Shown: piece by piece, positions 47,622-57,118 of the stretch
Layout of the letters: each line of letters opens with the position of its first letter
Position numbering within the stretch: the stretch's first letter is position 1
NCBI GenBank assembly: GCA_050506795.1
Contig: JBJHCF010000001.1
Location: forward strand, 60,556-124,555
Direction of reading: 5' to 3'
Source: Opitutia bacterium
Lineage (GTDB): Bacteria > Verrucomicrobiota > Verrucomicrobiia > Opitutales > T3Sed10-336
Length of the DNA: 64,000 bases
The notes under the pieces: generated by a model
The model's input: only the letters and a program-made list of their open reading frames with translations
The model's database searches: none
Told to the model about the DNA's origin: nothing
Position numbers and translations under genes: made by a program

Positions 47622-49079
47622 ATGAGTTACGCGGCGATCGGGATTCCAGGGTTTGCGCTGCAGGCGGCTTTGCGCTGCAGGGGTGGGGTTGGGGATCGGG
47701 TGGTGGTGTTGATGGACGAGACCTCACGCCGGGCGCGGGTTGTCGCGATGACCGCCTCGGCGGCGCGTCGCGGGATCAGGATGGGAATGACCGCTCCGCA
47801 AGTCTTGGCGCGCGAGCCCCGGGCCGAGATCGTTTCCCGTTCGCCGGAAGGAGAGGCGGCGGCCGCGACCCTTTTGCTTCGTCACGGTGGCTCGCTGGCG
47901 CCCCGCGCCGCCTGTGTCGAACCCGGGTTGTGCCTGGTGGACCTGGCAGGGGTTCCGCTGAAACGGCGGGAGCGGCAGCCCCGGGAAATCGTGACGGCGT
48001 TGCAACGCGAAGGGTTGAGCGCGCGTATCGGAATCGCTCGTACATCCGGACTCGCCCGGCTCGCCTGGCGGCGGGCGGAGCCGGTGCTGGAGGTGACCGA
48101 TGAAAAGGCGTTTGTCACTGATTTTCCCGTACACCTGGCCGGGCTGTCTCCGGCGGGAGAGAGGCTGATGAGGCATTGGGGGATGCGCACCCTGGGCGCG
48201 TTCGCCGCGCTTTCGCGCCAGGCGGTGGCGGAACGGCTGGGCGCGGAGGGGGTGGCGTTGTGGGATGTGGTCAACGGACGCGACAGCGCGCCGTTGCAGC
48301 CGGCGAGAGAGGAGGAGGTGTTTGAGGAGCGGATCGAATTCGAAACCGGGGTGGAAGCGCTCGATCCGGTTCGGCGTCAGGTGCAAATACTGGTGGAGCG
48401 TTTGATGGGGCGTTTGCGGTCCGGTCATCTGGCGGTAGACGAGTTGCTGCTGGAATTGGGGCAGGAATACGCCGCGCCGCTCGGACGGAGGTTTCGCCTG
48501 CCCGAGCCGGCCACCCGCGAGGATGTGGTCCTGCGCACTTTGGGGATCTGGCTGGAGTCGCTCAAGAGCGAACGCCGGGTGACCGGCGTGTATTTGCGAA
48601 TGTTTCCCGGCCGCATGCAGGCGAGGCAGGGCGAGCTCTTTGATGCCGGCATGGCCGACGCCCGTCGCCTGGCCGAAACGCTGGCCAACCTGACCGCCGT
48701 GGTCGGCGCCGACCGGGTGGGGTCACCCGGCCTGCTTCCCACCCACCGGCCGGACGCTTTCCGGATGGAACGGTTTTTTCCTGCCGGGAAGCGTATTGAT
48801 AATTCTATGACAGAGAATCCGGTTATGCCGCGGCCGCGCCGGTTTCGTCCTCCGCTTCCGGTTGCGGTGACACTGATCCGGGGACGCCCGCTGCGGCTGG
48901 CGGGAGCCTTTACCAATGACGAGATCGCCGGTTTGCAGGGACCCTGGTGTTTGTGCGGGGACTGGTGGCGCGAGGATCGCTGGTGGCGGGAGGAGTGGGA
49001 TGTCAAACTGCGGGGCGGCGGGGTTTACCTGTTGGTTCGCAGCGCGCGCGGTTGGCGCCTGGAGGGGATGTATGATTAG
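47622..49079 (+). CDS. imuB: ImuB, Y-family DNA polymerase-like protein
   Basis: MSYAAIGIPGFALQAAL start and a Y-family palm/fingers-like N-terminal half. Middle position in the cassette. Confidence 0.8.
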   Translation: MSYAAIGIPGFALQAALRCRGGVGDRVVVLMDETSRRARVVAMTASAARRGIRMGMTAPQVLAREPRAEIVSRSPEGEAAAATLLLRHGGSLAPRAACVEPGLCLVDLAGVPLKRRERQPREIVTALQREGLSARIGIARTSGLARLAWRRAEPVLEVTDEKAFVTDFPVHLAGLSPAGERLMRHWGMRTLGAFAALSRQAVAERLGAEGVALWDVVNGRDSAPLQPAREEEVFEERIEFETGVEALDPVRRQVQILVERLMGRLRSGHLAVDELLLELGQEYAAPLGRRFRLPEPATREDVVLRTLGIWLESLKSERRVTGVYLRMFPGRMQARQGELFDAGMADARRLAETLANLTAVVGADRVGSPGLLPTHRPDAFRMERFFPAGKRIDNSMTENPVMPRPRRFRPPLPVAVTLIRGRPLRLAGAFTNDEIAGLQGPWCLCGDWWREDRWWREEWDVKLRGGGVYLLVRSARGWRLEGMYD

Positions 49080-49114
49080 GGTCCGGTACCCTGAAATGGT
49101 AGCCAGCGGAAGCA

Positions 49115-49150
49115 GGGCTCACACGGAGACACGAAGACACGGAGTGAAGG
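49115..49150. repeat. CACGGAG-word repeat copy (GGGCTCACACGGAGACACGAAGACACGGAGTGAAGG)
   Basis: Homologous to 18801-18836. Contains three 8-nt units acacggag|acacgaag|acacggag. Confidence 0.75.
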
Positions 49151-49171
49151 CATGCGCGAAGAGCAGGACTT

Positions 49172-49203
49172 AAATCCAAAATCCGCAATCCAAAATCCAA
49201 AAT
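49172..49203. repeat. AAAATCC heptamer array
   Basis: aaatcc|aaaatcc|gcaatcc|aaaatcc|aaaat. Ends 8 nt before the dnaE2 ATG. Confidence 0.85.
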
Positions 49204-49210
49204 ATAATAT

Positions 49211-52200
49211 ATGTCGACTTACGTGGAGTTGCATCTGTCGAGCGCTTTCAGCTTTTTGCGAGGCGCGTCGGCGCCGGAGGAGTTGGCTCGGGTGACGGCC
49301 GATCGGGGCATGAGTGCGGCCGCGTTGTGCGACCGCAACGGGCTTTACGGGGCGGCGCGTTTTTACCAGGCGGCGCGGGAGCACGGGATACGTCCGCTGG
49401 TCGGGTGTGAACTCGACTGGGTGGGGGGGGGGGTGCTGCCGGTGCTGGTGGCGTCGCGCCGGGGTTACCGCAACCTGTGCCGTTTGCTGACCCGGGTGCA
49501 TTTGCGGGGCGCCAAGGGGGAGTTCCGGGCCGGATTGGCGGATATGGAGGGGCGCTCCGAGGGATTGATCGCCCTGACCGGCGGCCGGGACGGTCCCTTG
49601 CGGGAGGCCTGGGAGCGGGGCGGCCGGCGGGCGGTGGAGGGGACTCTGGATTGGCTTTTACGGATCTTCCCCGACGGTAATCTTTACGTGGAACTGCAGC
49701 GTCACCTGTTGCGGGAAGAGATGCGGTGGGAGGGTTTGTTGCGGGACCTGGCCGCTACCCGGGGATTGTCCCTGGTGGCCACCAACGGGGTGCTTTATGC
49801 CAAAAGCGAAGGGCGGATGGTGACCGATGTGTTCACCTGCCTGCGTCACCACACCCATCTCGACCGGGCGGGAACTTTGCTGGAGCGCAATGCCGAGCGC
49901 CGCATCAAAAGCCCTGAGGAAATGGCGTTGCTGTTCGCGGATGTTCCGGAGGCGATCGCCAATTCCGTGGTCGTCGCGGAGCGGCTGGAGTTCACTCTGG
50001 ACGACATCGGGTACCGTTTTCCCACTTACCCGGCGCCGTCCGGGGAAACCATGGATTCCTACCTGCGGAAACTCACGTTGGCCGGGGCCGGGGAACGTTA
50101 CGGAAAGCCCGGGCCGGCGGTGCGGGCGCAGCTTGACCGGGAACTGGCGCTTATCGCGAAACTGGGATTCAGCGGCTATTTTCTCGTGGTGTGGGATCTG
50201 GTGGAGTTTTGCCGGCGCAACGACATCATGGTCCAGGGCCGGGGGAGCGCTGCCAACAGCGCGGTGTGTTACTGTCTGGGCATCACCGCGGTCGATCCGG
50301 TGGGCGGGCGCTTGCTTTTCGAGCGTTTTTTAAGCGAGGGAAGAAAAACCTGGCCGGATATCGATCTCGATCTTCCCAGCGGGGAGCGCCGGGAGGCGGT
50401 GATCCAGGAGGTTTACCGTCGCTACGCGCCCAACGGTGCCGCCATGACCGCCAACGTTATCACCTACCGGGGACGCAGCGCGATACGGGAGATCGGCAAG
50501 GTCCTGAATTTTCCGGAGGAAACCCTGAACCGGTTTTCGAGCCTCTATGCCGGCGGAGATTATCCCCATACGCTCGATTTCGGAAAACAACTTTCCCAGG
50601 CCGGGATTTCGCCGCGTCATCCGAGGGCGGGGATTCTGCAACGGCTTTACGGCATGATTTACGGGTTGCCCCGTCACCTGGGGCAGCATCCCGGCGGCAT
50701 GATCGTTTGCCAGGGGGAACTGGACGGCGTGATGCCGCTGGAAAACGCGTCAATGCCCGGGCGGGTGGTGGCGCAGTGGGACAAGGACGATTGTGAGGAT
50801 CTGGGAATCGTCAAGGTGGACCTGTTGGGGCTCGGAATGATGTCGGCCCTGCAGGATGCGCTGAAGACAGCCGAACGACGCGGCCGCCCGGTCGATCTCG
50901 CACGGATTCCGAAGGATGACCCCGCCACTTACGATTTGATGTGCCGGGCCGATACCGTCGGGGTGTTTCAGATCGAAAGCCGGGCGCAGATGGCGACCCT
51001 TCCGCGGATGCAACCTCGAACTTTCTACGACCTGGTGATCGAGGTGGCTATCATTCGTCCGGGTCCGATTCAGGGAAATCTGGTGCACCCTTATCTGGAA
51101 CGCCGGGCGGGCCGGCAACCGGTGCGTTATTTCGATGAACGTCTGATTCCCGTCCTCGAGCGCACTCTGGGGGTGCCGCTGTTCCAGGAGCAGGTGCTCA
51201 AAATAGCCATGGAAATGGCCGATTTCAGCGGGACCGAGGCGGAGGAGTTGCGGCGGGCGCTGAACTTTCACCGTTCGCCGGAACGTTTGGACAAAGCCAC
51301 CGCCAAGCTGCGCGAAGCCATGCGGAGGAAGGGAGTTGACGATCGTACCATCGAGGAGATCGCGGAGGCGGTGGGTTCGTTCGCGCTGTACGGTTTTCCG
51401 GAATCCCACGCCATCAGTTTCGCTTTACTCGCCTACGCCAGCGCCTACCTGAAAGTGCATCGTCCGGCGGAGTTTTACATGGCCCTGCTGAACAATCAGC
51501 CCATGGGATTTTATTCTCCGGCGACACTGGTGCGGGACGCGAAAGCCCGCGGTATTCGGGTCCTGCCGGTGTGTGTGACTCTTTCCGGCTGGGATTGCTC
51601 GGTGGAGGACGATCACACGATTCGGCTGGGATTCGCCGTCATCCGTGACCTGCGCCGCGCGTCCGTCGAAAAGGTGTGCCGCGAACGCGCGCGGGCGCCG
51701 TTCCGTTCCATACGCGATCTGCTGGCGCGTACGGGTCTGAATCTGACGGAAAGACGGGCGCTGGCCCTGGTGGGCGCGTTGAACGCGCTGGCCGGTCACC
51801 GGCGTAACGCGCTCTGGCTGGTGGACGAAGCGGTGGCGGGCATGGGGTTGTTTCTGGCCGCGGCGGATGAGACGGAAACCGAAGAAAGCGCCGCCGGGCC
51901 CCTGGCCATGATGTCTTACCTGGAGCGCCTGCACGCCGATTACGCGGGCATGGAATTGAGCACCGGCGCGCACCCGATGAAGTGCCTGCGATCAGGATTG
52001 CAGGGGATTCTGAGCGCCGCGGATTTGAAAGGGGAAAAAGCCGGACGCCGGGTCACCCTGGCCGGCAGTGTGATCTGCCGTCAGAGACCGGCAACCGCCA
52101 GGGGAGTGGTGTTTATCAGTCTGGAGGACGAAACCGGCATCGGTAACGCGGTGGTGTCGTCCGGCCTGTTCGAACGTTATCGCCTGCTGATTTCCCGGGA

Positions 52201-52327
52201 ACCGTTTTTGGCCGTTACCGGTGTCCTGCAATCCATGGACGGCGTGGTATGTGTCCGTGCCGAACGGATACGCCGATTGGATGAGGCCGACGCCCTGCCA
52301 TCCGAAGTCTCCCATGACTTTTTTTGA
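49211..52327 (+). CDS. dnaE2: error-prone DNA polymerase DnaE2 (Pol III alpha-like)
   Basis: 1038 aa with PHP domain start YVELHLSSAFSFLRGAS, a Pol III alpha core and an OB fold. Cassette context with imuA and imuB. Confidence 0.92.
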   Translation: MSTYVELHLSSAFSFLRGASAPEELARVTADRGMSAAALCDRNGLYGAARFYQAAREHGIRPLVGCELDWVGGGVLPVLVASRRGYRNLCRLLTRVHLRGAKGEFRAGLADMEGRSEGLIALTGGRDGPLREAWERGGRRAVEGTLDWLLRIFPDGNLYVELQRHLLREEMRWEGLLRDLAATRGLSLVATNGVLYAKSEGRMVTDVFTCLRHHTHLDRAGTLLERNAERRIKSPEEMALLFADVPEAIANSVVVAERLEFTLDDIGYRFPTYPAPSGETMDSYLRKLTLAGAGERYGKPGPAVRAQLDRELALIAKLGFSGYFLVVWDLVEFCRRNDIMVQGRGSAANSAVCYCLGITAVDPVGGRLLFERFLSEGRKTWPDIDLDLPSGERREAVIQEVYRRYAPNGAAMTANVITYRGRSAIREIGKVLNFPEETLNRFSSLYAGGDYPHTLDFGKQLSQAGISPRHPRAGILQRLYGMIYGLPRHLGQHPGGMIVCQGELDGVMPLENASMPGRVVAQWDKDDCEDLGIVKVDLLGLGMMSALQDALKTAERRGRPVDLARIPKDDPATYDLMCRADTVGVFQIESRAQMATLPRMQPRTFYDLVIEVAIIRPGPIQGNLVHPYLERRAGRQPVRYFDERLIPVLERTLGVPLFQEQVLKIAMEMADFSGTEAEELRRALNFHRSPERLDKATAKLREAMRRKGVDDRTIEEIAEAVGSFALYGFPESHAISFALLAYASAYLKVHRPAEFYMALLNNQPMGFYSPATLVRDAKARGIRVLPVCVTLSGWDCSVEDDHTIRLGFAVIRDLRRASVEKVCRERARAPFRSIRDLLARTGLNLTERRALALVGALNALAGHRRNALWLVDEAVAGMGLFLAAADETETEESAAGPLAMMSYLERLHADYAGMELSTGAHPMKCLRSGLQGILSAADLKGEKAGRRVTLAGSVICRQRPATARGVVFISLEDETGIGNAVVSSGLFERYRLLISREPFLAVTGVLQSMDGVVCVRAERIRRLDEADALPSEVSHDFF

Positions 52328-52591
52328 TCCGCCGCCCTCGCATTGACAACCGTATCCTCGGAGCGGTGTTTCCGGTTGTGTTGCCGGAAGTAATTAGCTA
52401 ACATTCATCGTGCACCCACGCTGTCTAATAGATGGGTCGAATCGGGCGGAATCGATTTGGAATAGCCGGGATTCGATTGACAGGGATACGGGGCTGTCGT
52501 GTAGGATCACTTATATAGAGAGATTGCTTAATTGCTCTATACTTATTGCGGTCTTTCTTGAGAACGATTAACCATTGATTGGACACAAGCT

Positions 52592-54829
52592 ATGAAATTG
52601 GGGTTTTACTGCATCTTAATGGGCATTGGCGGCCTGGTGGCCTGCCAGGCGGAATGGGCGCCGGCCGAAGGCCGGATAATGACGCCCTGGGCGGAAGAAG
52701 TGTCGCCCGACAACGCGCTGCCAGAATACCCGCGTCCGATGATGGTGCGTTCGGATTGGCTGAATCTGAACGGCCTGTGGGATTACGCGGTTGTCGCCCG
52801 CACGGCGGATCGACCGGCTGATTTTGATGGCAGGATTCTGGTTCCCTTTCCGATCGAGTCCGCGCTTTCCGGAGTCGGGGAACGGATCGATGCCGACGAA
52901 CGCCTTTGGTATCATCGCACCTTCGAAGTTCCTTCGGAATGGAACGGCCAACGTATTCTACTGCACTTTGGCGGGGTTGACTGGGAAACCGATGTCTGGG
53001 TGAACGGCCAGCATGTCGGCAATCACCGTGGCGGCCACACGCCCTTCAGCTTCGATGTCACCACCGCGGTGCGTGATGCCGGCGAGCAGGAGATCGTGGT
53101 GGCGGTTTGGGATCCCACCGACGCGGGGGATCAGCCGCTGGGGAAGCAGGTGCACAGTCCTTCGGGGATCTGGTACACCCCGGTGTCCGGAATCTGGCAG
53201 ACGGTATGGCTTGAGCCGGTTCCCATGACGGGAATCAAGGACCTCAAGATAACCCCGGACCTGGACGCGGGCCGGGTAAACGTCGAAGTGGCAACTTTCC
53301 GTGAGCTCGCTGACCGGACGGTGAGGGTTACGGCATCCGGCGACGGATTTTCTTCCACCGTGGAGGCGAATGGGTCGTCTATGCAGGTGGACATTCCCGA
53401 TGCGCGGTGGTGGTCTCCAGACGATCCGTTCCTCTACGATCTCAAAGTGGAACTGGTCCATGACGGCGGTGTGATCGACGAAGTGGAAAGTTACTTCGGC
53501 ATGCGCAAGATCGAGATCGCCAAGGATGAACACGGTATCAACCGCCTGTTCCTCAACAACGAACCGCTCTTTCAGTACGGCTTGCTCGATCAGGGGTGGT
53601 GGCCCGACGGGCTTTACACCGCGCCGACCGACGAGGCTTTGCGTTACGATGTTGAGATCACCCGGGATCTTGGTTTCAACATGTTGCGCAAGCACGTGAA
53701 GATCGAACCGCAGCGGTTGTATTACTGGACCGATAAACTCGGAGTGATCGTCTGGCAGGACATGCCGAGCGGTGATGGGCACATCGGCGGCAGCGATCCC
53801 GACTTGAATCGGAACGTTCATTCCGCGACCCAATTTGAGTTTGAGTACCGCCGGATGATCGAAAGCCTGTACAATCACCCGAGCATTGTCATGTGGGTGC
53901 CCTTCAACGAAGGTTGGGGCCAGTTTGACACCGAAAGGATTGTGGAGTGGACCTACGAACTCGATTCCACCCGTCTGGTGAACAACGCCAGTGGCTGGAC
54001 CGACAGGGGAGTCGGTGACGTGCATGACATCCATGCCTATCCGGGACCATCCATCCCGCCTCTGGAAGAAGAGCGGGCCGTGGTGCTGGGAGAATTCGGC
54101 GGACTGGGTCTGCCGGTAAGCGGGCACACCTGGCAGGACGAAGGCATGTGGGGCTATCGGAGTTATGAATCCGCGGAGGAGCTTACGGAAGCCTATTCCG
54201 ATCTCCTGGATCAGCTTTGGATACTCATCGGCGAGGGTCTGGCCGCGGCGGTGTACACCCAGACCACCGATGTGGAGGTGGAAGTGAACGGGTTGCTGAC
54301 TTATGACCGGAGGGTAATCAAAATGGATCCGGACCGCACCCGCGCCATGCATGAGCGCTTGTACGAACCGCCTCCCCGCCGGTACACCATTGTACCCGAT
54401 GCCCGCGAAGCCGATGTGACCTGGAGTTACACCTTTCAGCGGCCCGCTTCGGGTTGGTACGAGGAGGATTTCGACGATTCCGGCTGGCAATCCGGTATCG
54501 GCGGATTCGGTACGGAAATGACTCCGAACGCGATCATTGGAACCGTGTGGAGCGGAGACGCCATCTGGTTGCGCCGGACGTTCACGCTGGATTCGACCGA
54601 TTTTGAAAATCTCATGCTCTCCATCTACTACGATGAGGACGCGGTGATTTACATCAACGGAGTGAGGGCGGCGAGCTTCCGCGGTTACGTCACCAACTAC
54701 CGGGTGGCGGACATCAGTGACGAAGCCAAGGCGGCCTTGCGGACCGGCGAAAACGTCATCGCGATTCGTTGCATCAATGTGACCGGCGGCCAGTTTATCG
54801 ATGCCGGGCTGGTTGAGATTCGGCATTAA
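52592..54829 (+). CDS. glycoside hydrolase family 2 protein, predicted lipoprotein
   Basis: Lipobox GGLVAC. GH2 sugar-binding domain (WYHRTFEVPSEWNGQRILLHFGGVDWETDVWVNGQHVGNHRGGHTPF) and TIM barrel (FNMLRKHVK, WVPFNEGWGQ). Confidence 0.85.
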   Translation: MKLGFYCILMGIGGLVACQAEWAPAEGRIMTPWAEEVSPDNALPEYPRPMMVRSDWLNLNGLWDYAVVARTADRPADFDGRILVPFPIESALSGVGERIDADERLWYHRTFEVPSEWNGQRILLHFGGVDWETDVWVNGQHVGNHRGGHTPFSFDVTTAVRDAGEQEIVVAVWDPTDAGDQPLGKQVHSPSGIWYTPVSGIWQTVWLEPVPMTGIKDLKITPDLDAGRVNVEVATFRELADRTVRVTASGDGFSSTVEANGSSMQVDIPDARWWSPDDPFLYDLKVELVHDGGVIDEVESYFGMRKIEIAKDEHGINRLFLNNEPLFQYGLLDQGWWPDGLYTAPTDEALRYDVEITRDLGFNMLRKHVKIEPQRLYYWTDKLGVIVWQDMPSGDGHIGGSDPDLNRNVHSATQFEFEYRRMIESLYNHPSIVMWVPFNEGWGQFDTERIVEWTYELDSTRLVNNASGWTDRGVGDVHDIHAYPGPSIPPLEEERAVVLGEFGGLGLPVSGHTWQDEGMWGYRSYESAEELTEAYSDLLDQLWILIGEGLAAAVYTQTTDVEVEVNGLLTYDRRVIKMDPDRTRAMHERLYEPPPRRYTIVPDAREADVTWSYTFQRPASGWYEEDFDDSGWQSGIGGFGTEMTPNAIIGTVWSGDAIWLRRTFTLDSTDFENLMLSIYYDEDAVIYINGVRAASFRGYVTNYRVADISDEAKAALRTGENVIAIRCINVTGGQFIDAGLVEIRH

Positions 54830-54844
54830 TCCGAAAATTATGCG

Positions 54845-54885
54845 GCGGCCCGGGATGCGTATAATCGCACCGGGCCGCTTTTTTT
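54845..54885 (+). terminator. rho-independent terminator between convergent GH2 and GH43 genes
   Basis: 9-bp stem GCGGCCCGG / CCGGGCCGC (54845-54853 and 54870-54878) followed by T7. Confidence 0.7.
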
Positions 54886-56947
54886 ATGGGCCGCTTTCCG
54901 CGCTCAAATTGACCGGTCCCACCCCGGTATCCGTCATGACAACCGGTTTGATCATGCCGTTTTCATCGTATTCCAGGCGGTCGATGGCGGTTACCCGACT
55001 ACCCTCGAACGGCCCTTGTCCGGCGCGATTGTTCCAGCGGTGGTAAATGATGTACCACTCATCCTGAGCGGGATTGTACAGGATGGAGTGGTGTCCGGGC
55101 CCTTTGTGGGTGTCGTCGCTGGAGAGGATCACCCCTTGATAGGTCCATGGCCCGGTGGGGTTCCGGGCGGTGGAATGGTGGACCCGGTAGCTGGCGTCGC
55201 GCCAGTAGCCCTGACTGTAGGTGAAGTGGTAGATTCCCTCGCGATAGTGCATGAACGATCCCTCGGTGAAATGGAGCGGTGTATCCACTTCGATCTCGCG
55301 GGCGAAACTGATCATGTCCGGATTAAGCTCAAACACCCGTAGAGTGGCGCCCGCGCTTCCGCCGGCGTACAGATAGGACGTGCCGGAATGGGGGTCGGTG
55401 AAAACCATGGCGTCGATGGCCTCGAACCCGGGTTCCCCGTCGTCGAAAAGCAGAGGTTCGCCGCTGTCGACAAACGGACCGGCAGGAGACTCGGCGACCG
55501 CGACTCCGATGTAGGAGGGTTTGGGTCCGGCCGAAAAGTAGAGGTAGTATCGCCCGTCCTTCTCGGCCAGACCGGGAGCCCAGGCGTGTTTACCCGTGGG
55601 AATCCATGGGATGTCGCCGTATTCCAGGACCGGGCCGTGAATGCGCCAACTGACGAGGTCCCGGGAGGAAAAGGCGAAAAAACGGCGTTCCCCGGACCGG
55701 TAGGTGGGGTAGATCCAGAGGGTGTCGTCAACCAGCAGGGCACCGGGATCCGCCCCCGGAAACGCGGGATTGCGCGGTGAATCCGACAGCACTCGGGCTC
55801 GCAGGAACCCGGGCATAGCGGCCGGTTCGGCTTCCAGGTCGCTGATCAGACGAAGGAGGCTCGGAGAATTGTTCTCCGGATCCAATTCCCATTCAAACGG
55901 AATCCAGTCCCAATGTTTCAGGTCTCTGGAGCCTTGAAGGAAAACCGTTTGAGGATCCCAGGCGTTGTTGGCCGGCAGAGTCAACTCCAGGGCCAGCCGG
56001 GCATCGCCGGTGCTTTCATCCGGACGATTGACCCAGGTAGCGGCGGGCTGAATCTCCCGGGCCTGAGCCGCATGTCGCCGGTTGGCCAGAAACCGGTCCG
56101 GCGTCAGCGCCTCATCCGTGATGCGCACCTCGTCGATCAAACCAACGAACCATTCCGCGGGTTGTTCGTTGGCCGGCCGGCGACCGATCGTCCAGGAGCC
56201 TGCGCCGGGGAACGCGGCCCCCTCCAACGGCACCGTTCCCTGGGAAAGCCATTCCGATTCTCCGGCCCTTTTCAGCCAGAACTCCAGGCTATCGCCGGTG
56301 GCCACTGCGGCTACGTGGTACCAGTTGTCCGGGGTGATCGGCTGGAGGCTGGTCAGGGTCCGGCGGGTGCCGCTTTCATTGGTGGCGCCAAGCTCCAGAT
56401 GGCCGTCCTGCCCTTTGATCCTCAGCATGAAGGGCTGCGAAGTGTTGTTGTCGGTTGCGGCTTTTGCCAGGATGGTTTGTCCCCGATCGGAAAAGTGAGC
56501 CTTAAAGGAGGCTTCCACGGTCCATTGGGCGAACTCATGTGAATTAACGGGCCGGTCGGCGGCGATAAGGTAGCGGCCCGGGGTGAAGTGCAATGCCAGG
56601 CGGTTGGCTTCGCCGGTTTCAGGGTTCCAGGGAAAGGGGGTGTCGCCGAGATAGGTCGGTCCGGGCGGGTTTCCCGGAATTCGCAGGTGATTTCCGTTTC
56701 CGGACACGTCCTGAACGGGGTCGACTCGTGACGGTGGAGGCACATCCGCCCCCACAAGACCTTCTTCAAAGGTCCAGTGAGCCACGGTTTCGGCCGCGGC
56801 CGTGCTCAGGAAGGAAATCTCCGGCTTGGGACTGGTGAAAAGCAAAAATGCCCCGGTTGATACTAGGCAAAGATAAACGAAACGGCTTGGCCGAGGGAGA
56901 GTCACAGTGGTAGAAAAATAACTGTTGAAGGGTGTTTTGGTCAACAC
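54884..56947 (-). CDS. LamG-domain + glycoside hydrolase family 43 protein
   Basis: N-terminal concanavalin/LamG-like region (WTVEASFKAHF, WYHVAAVATGDSLEFWL). C-terminal GH43 five-bladed propeller motifs (ADPGALLVDDTLWIYPT, HAWAPGLAEKDGRYYLYFS). Confidence 0.8.
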   Translation of the reverse strand: MLTKTPFNSYFSTTVTLPRPSRFVYLCLVSTGAFLLFTSPKPEISFLSTAAAETVAHWTFEEGLVGADVPPPSRVDPVQDVSGNGNHLRIPGNPPGPTYLGDTPFPWNPETGEANRLALHFTPGRYLIAADRPVNSHEFAQWTVEASFKAHFSDRGQTILAKAATDNNTSQPFMLRIKGQDGHLELGATNESGTRRTLTSLQPITPDNWYHVAAVATGDSLEFWLKRAGESEWLSQGTVPLEGAAFPGAGSWTIGRRPANEQPAEWFVGLIDEVRITDEALTPDRFLANRRHAAQAREIQPAATWVNRPDESTGDARLALELTLPANNAWDPQTVFLQGSRDLKHWDWIPFEWELDPENNSPSLLRLISDLEAEPAAMPGFLRARVLSDSPRNPAFPGADPGALLVDDTLWIYPTYRSGERRFFAFSSRDLVSWRIHGPVLEYGDIPWIPTGKHAWAPGLAEKDGRYYLYFSAGPKPSYIGVAVAESPAGPFVDSGEPLLFDDGEPGFEAIDAMVFTDPHSGTSYLYAGGSAGATLRVFELNPDMISFAREIEVDTPLHFTEGSFMHYREGIYHFTYSQGYWRDASYRVHHSTARNPTGPWTYQGVILSSDDTHKGPGHHSILYNPAQDEWYIIYHRWNNRAGQGPFEGSRVTAIDRLEYDENGMIKPVVMTDTGVGPVNLSAESGP

Positions 56948-57118
56948 GCTGCGCGAAACTGTTGGCGGCGGTATTGTTCCTCATCCGCATTCTACAGGTC
57001 ATTCTTCGGAATTGACCTCCGCTGCCGGTACGGTCAAGGTCCCCTTACTGTTTCCAAGGCTTCAGTCGGTTCCGAGTCAGGGTCCGGCCTTTACCGTAAC
57101 TTCTAAACTCAGGAACTT

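Noticed and set aside
52328-52591. Possible regulatory RNA or riboswitch in the 264-nt gap before the GH2 gene
   Set aside because: Only short generic hairpins are present (CAACCG...CGGTTG; TATAGAG...CTCTATA). I recognise no conserved riboswitch core.
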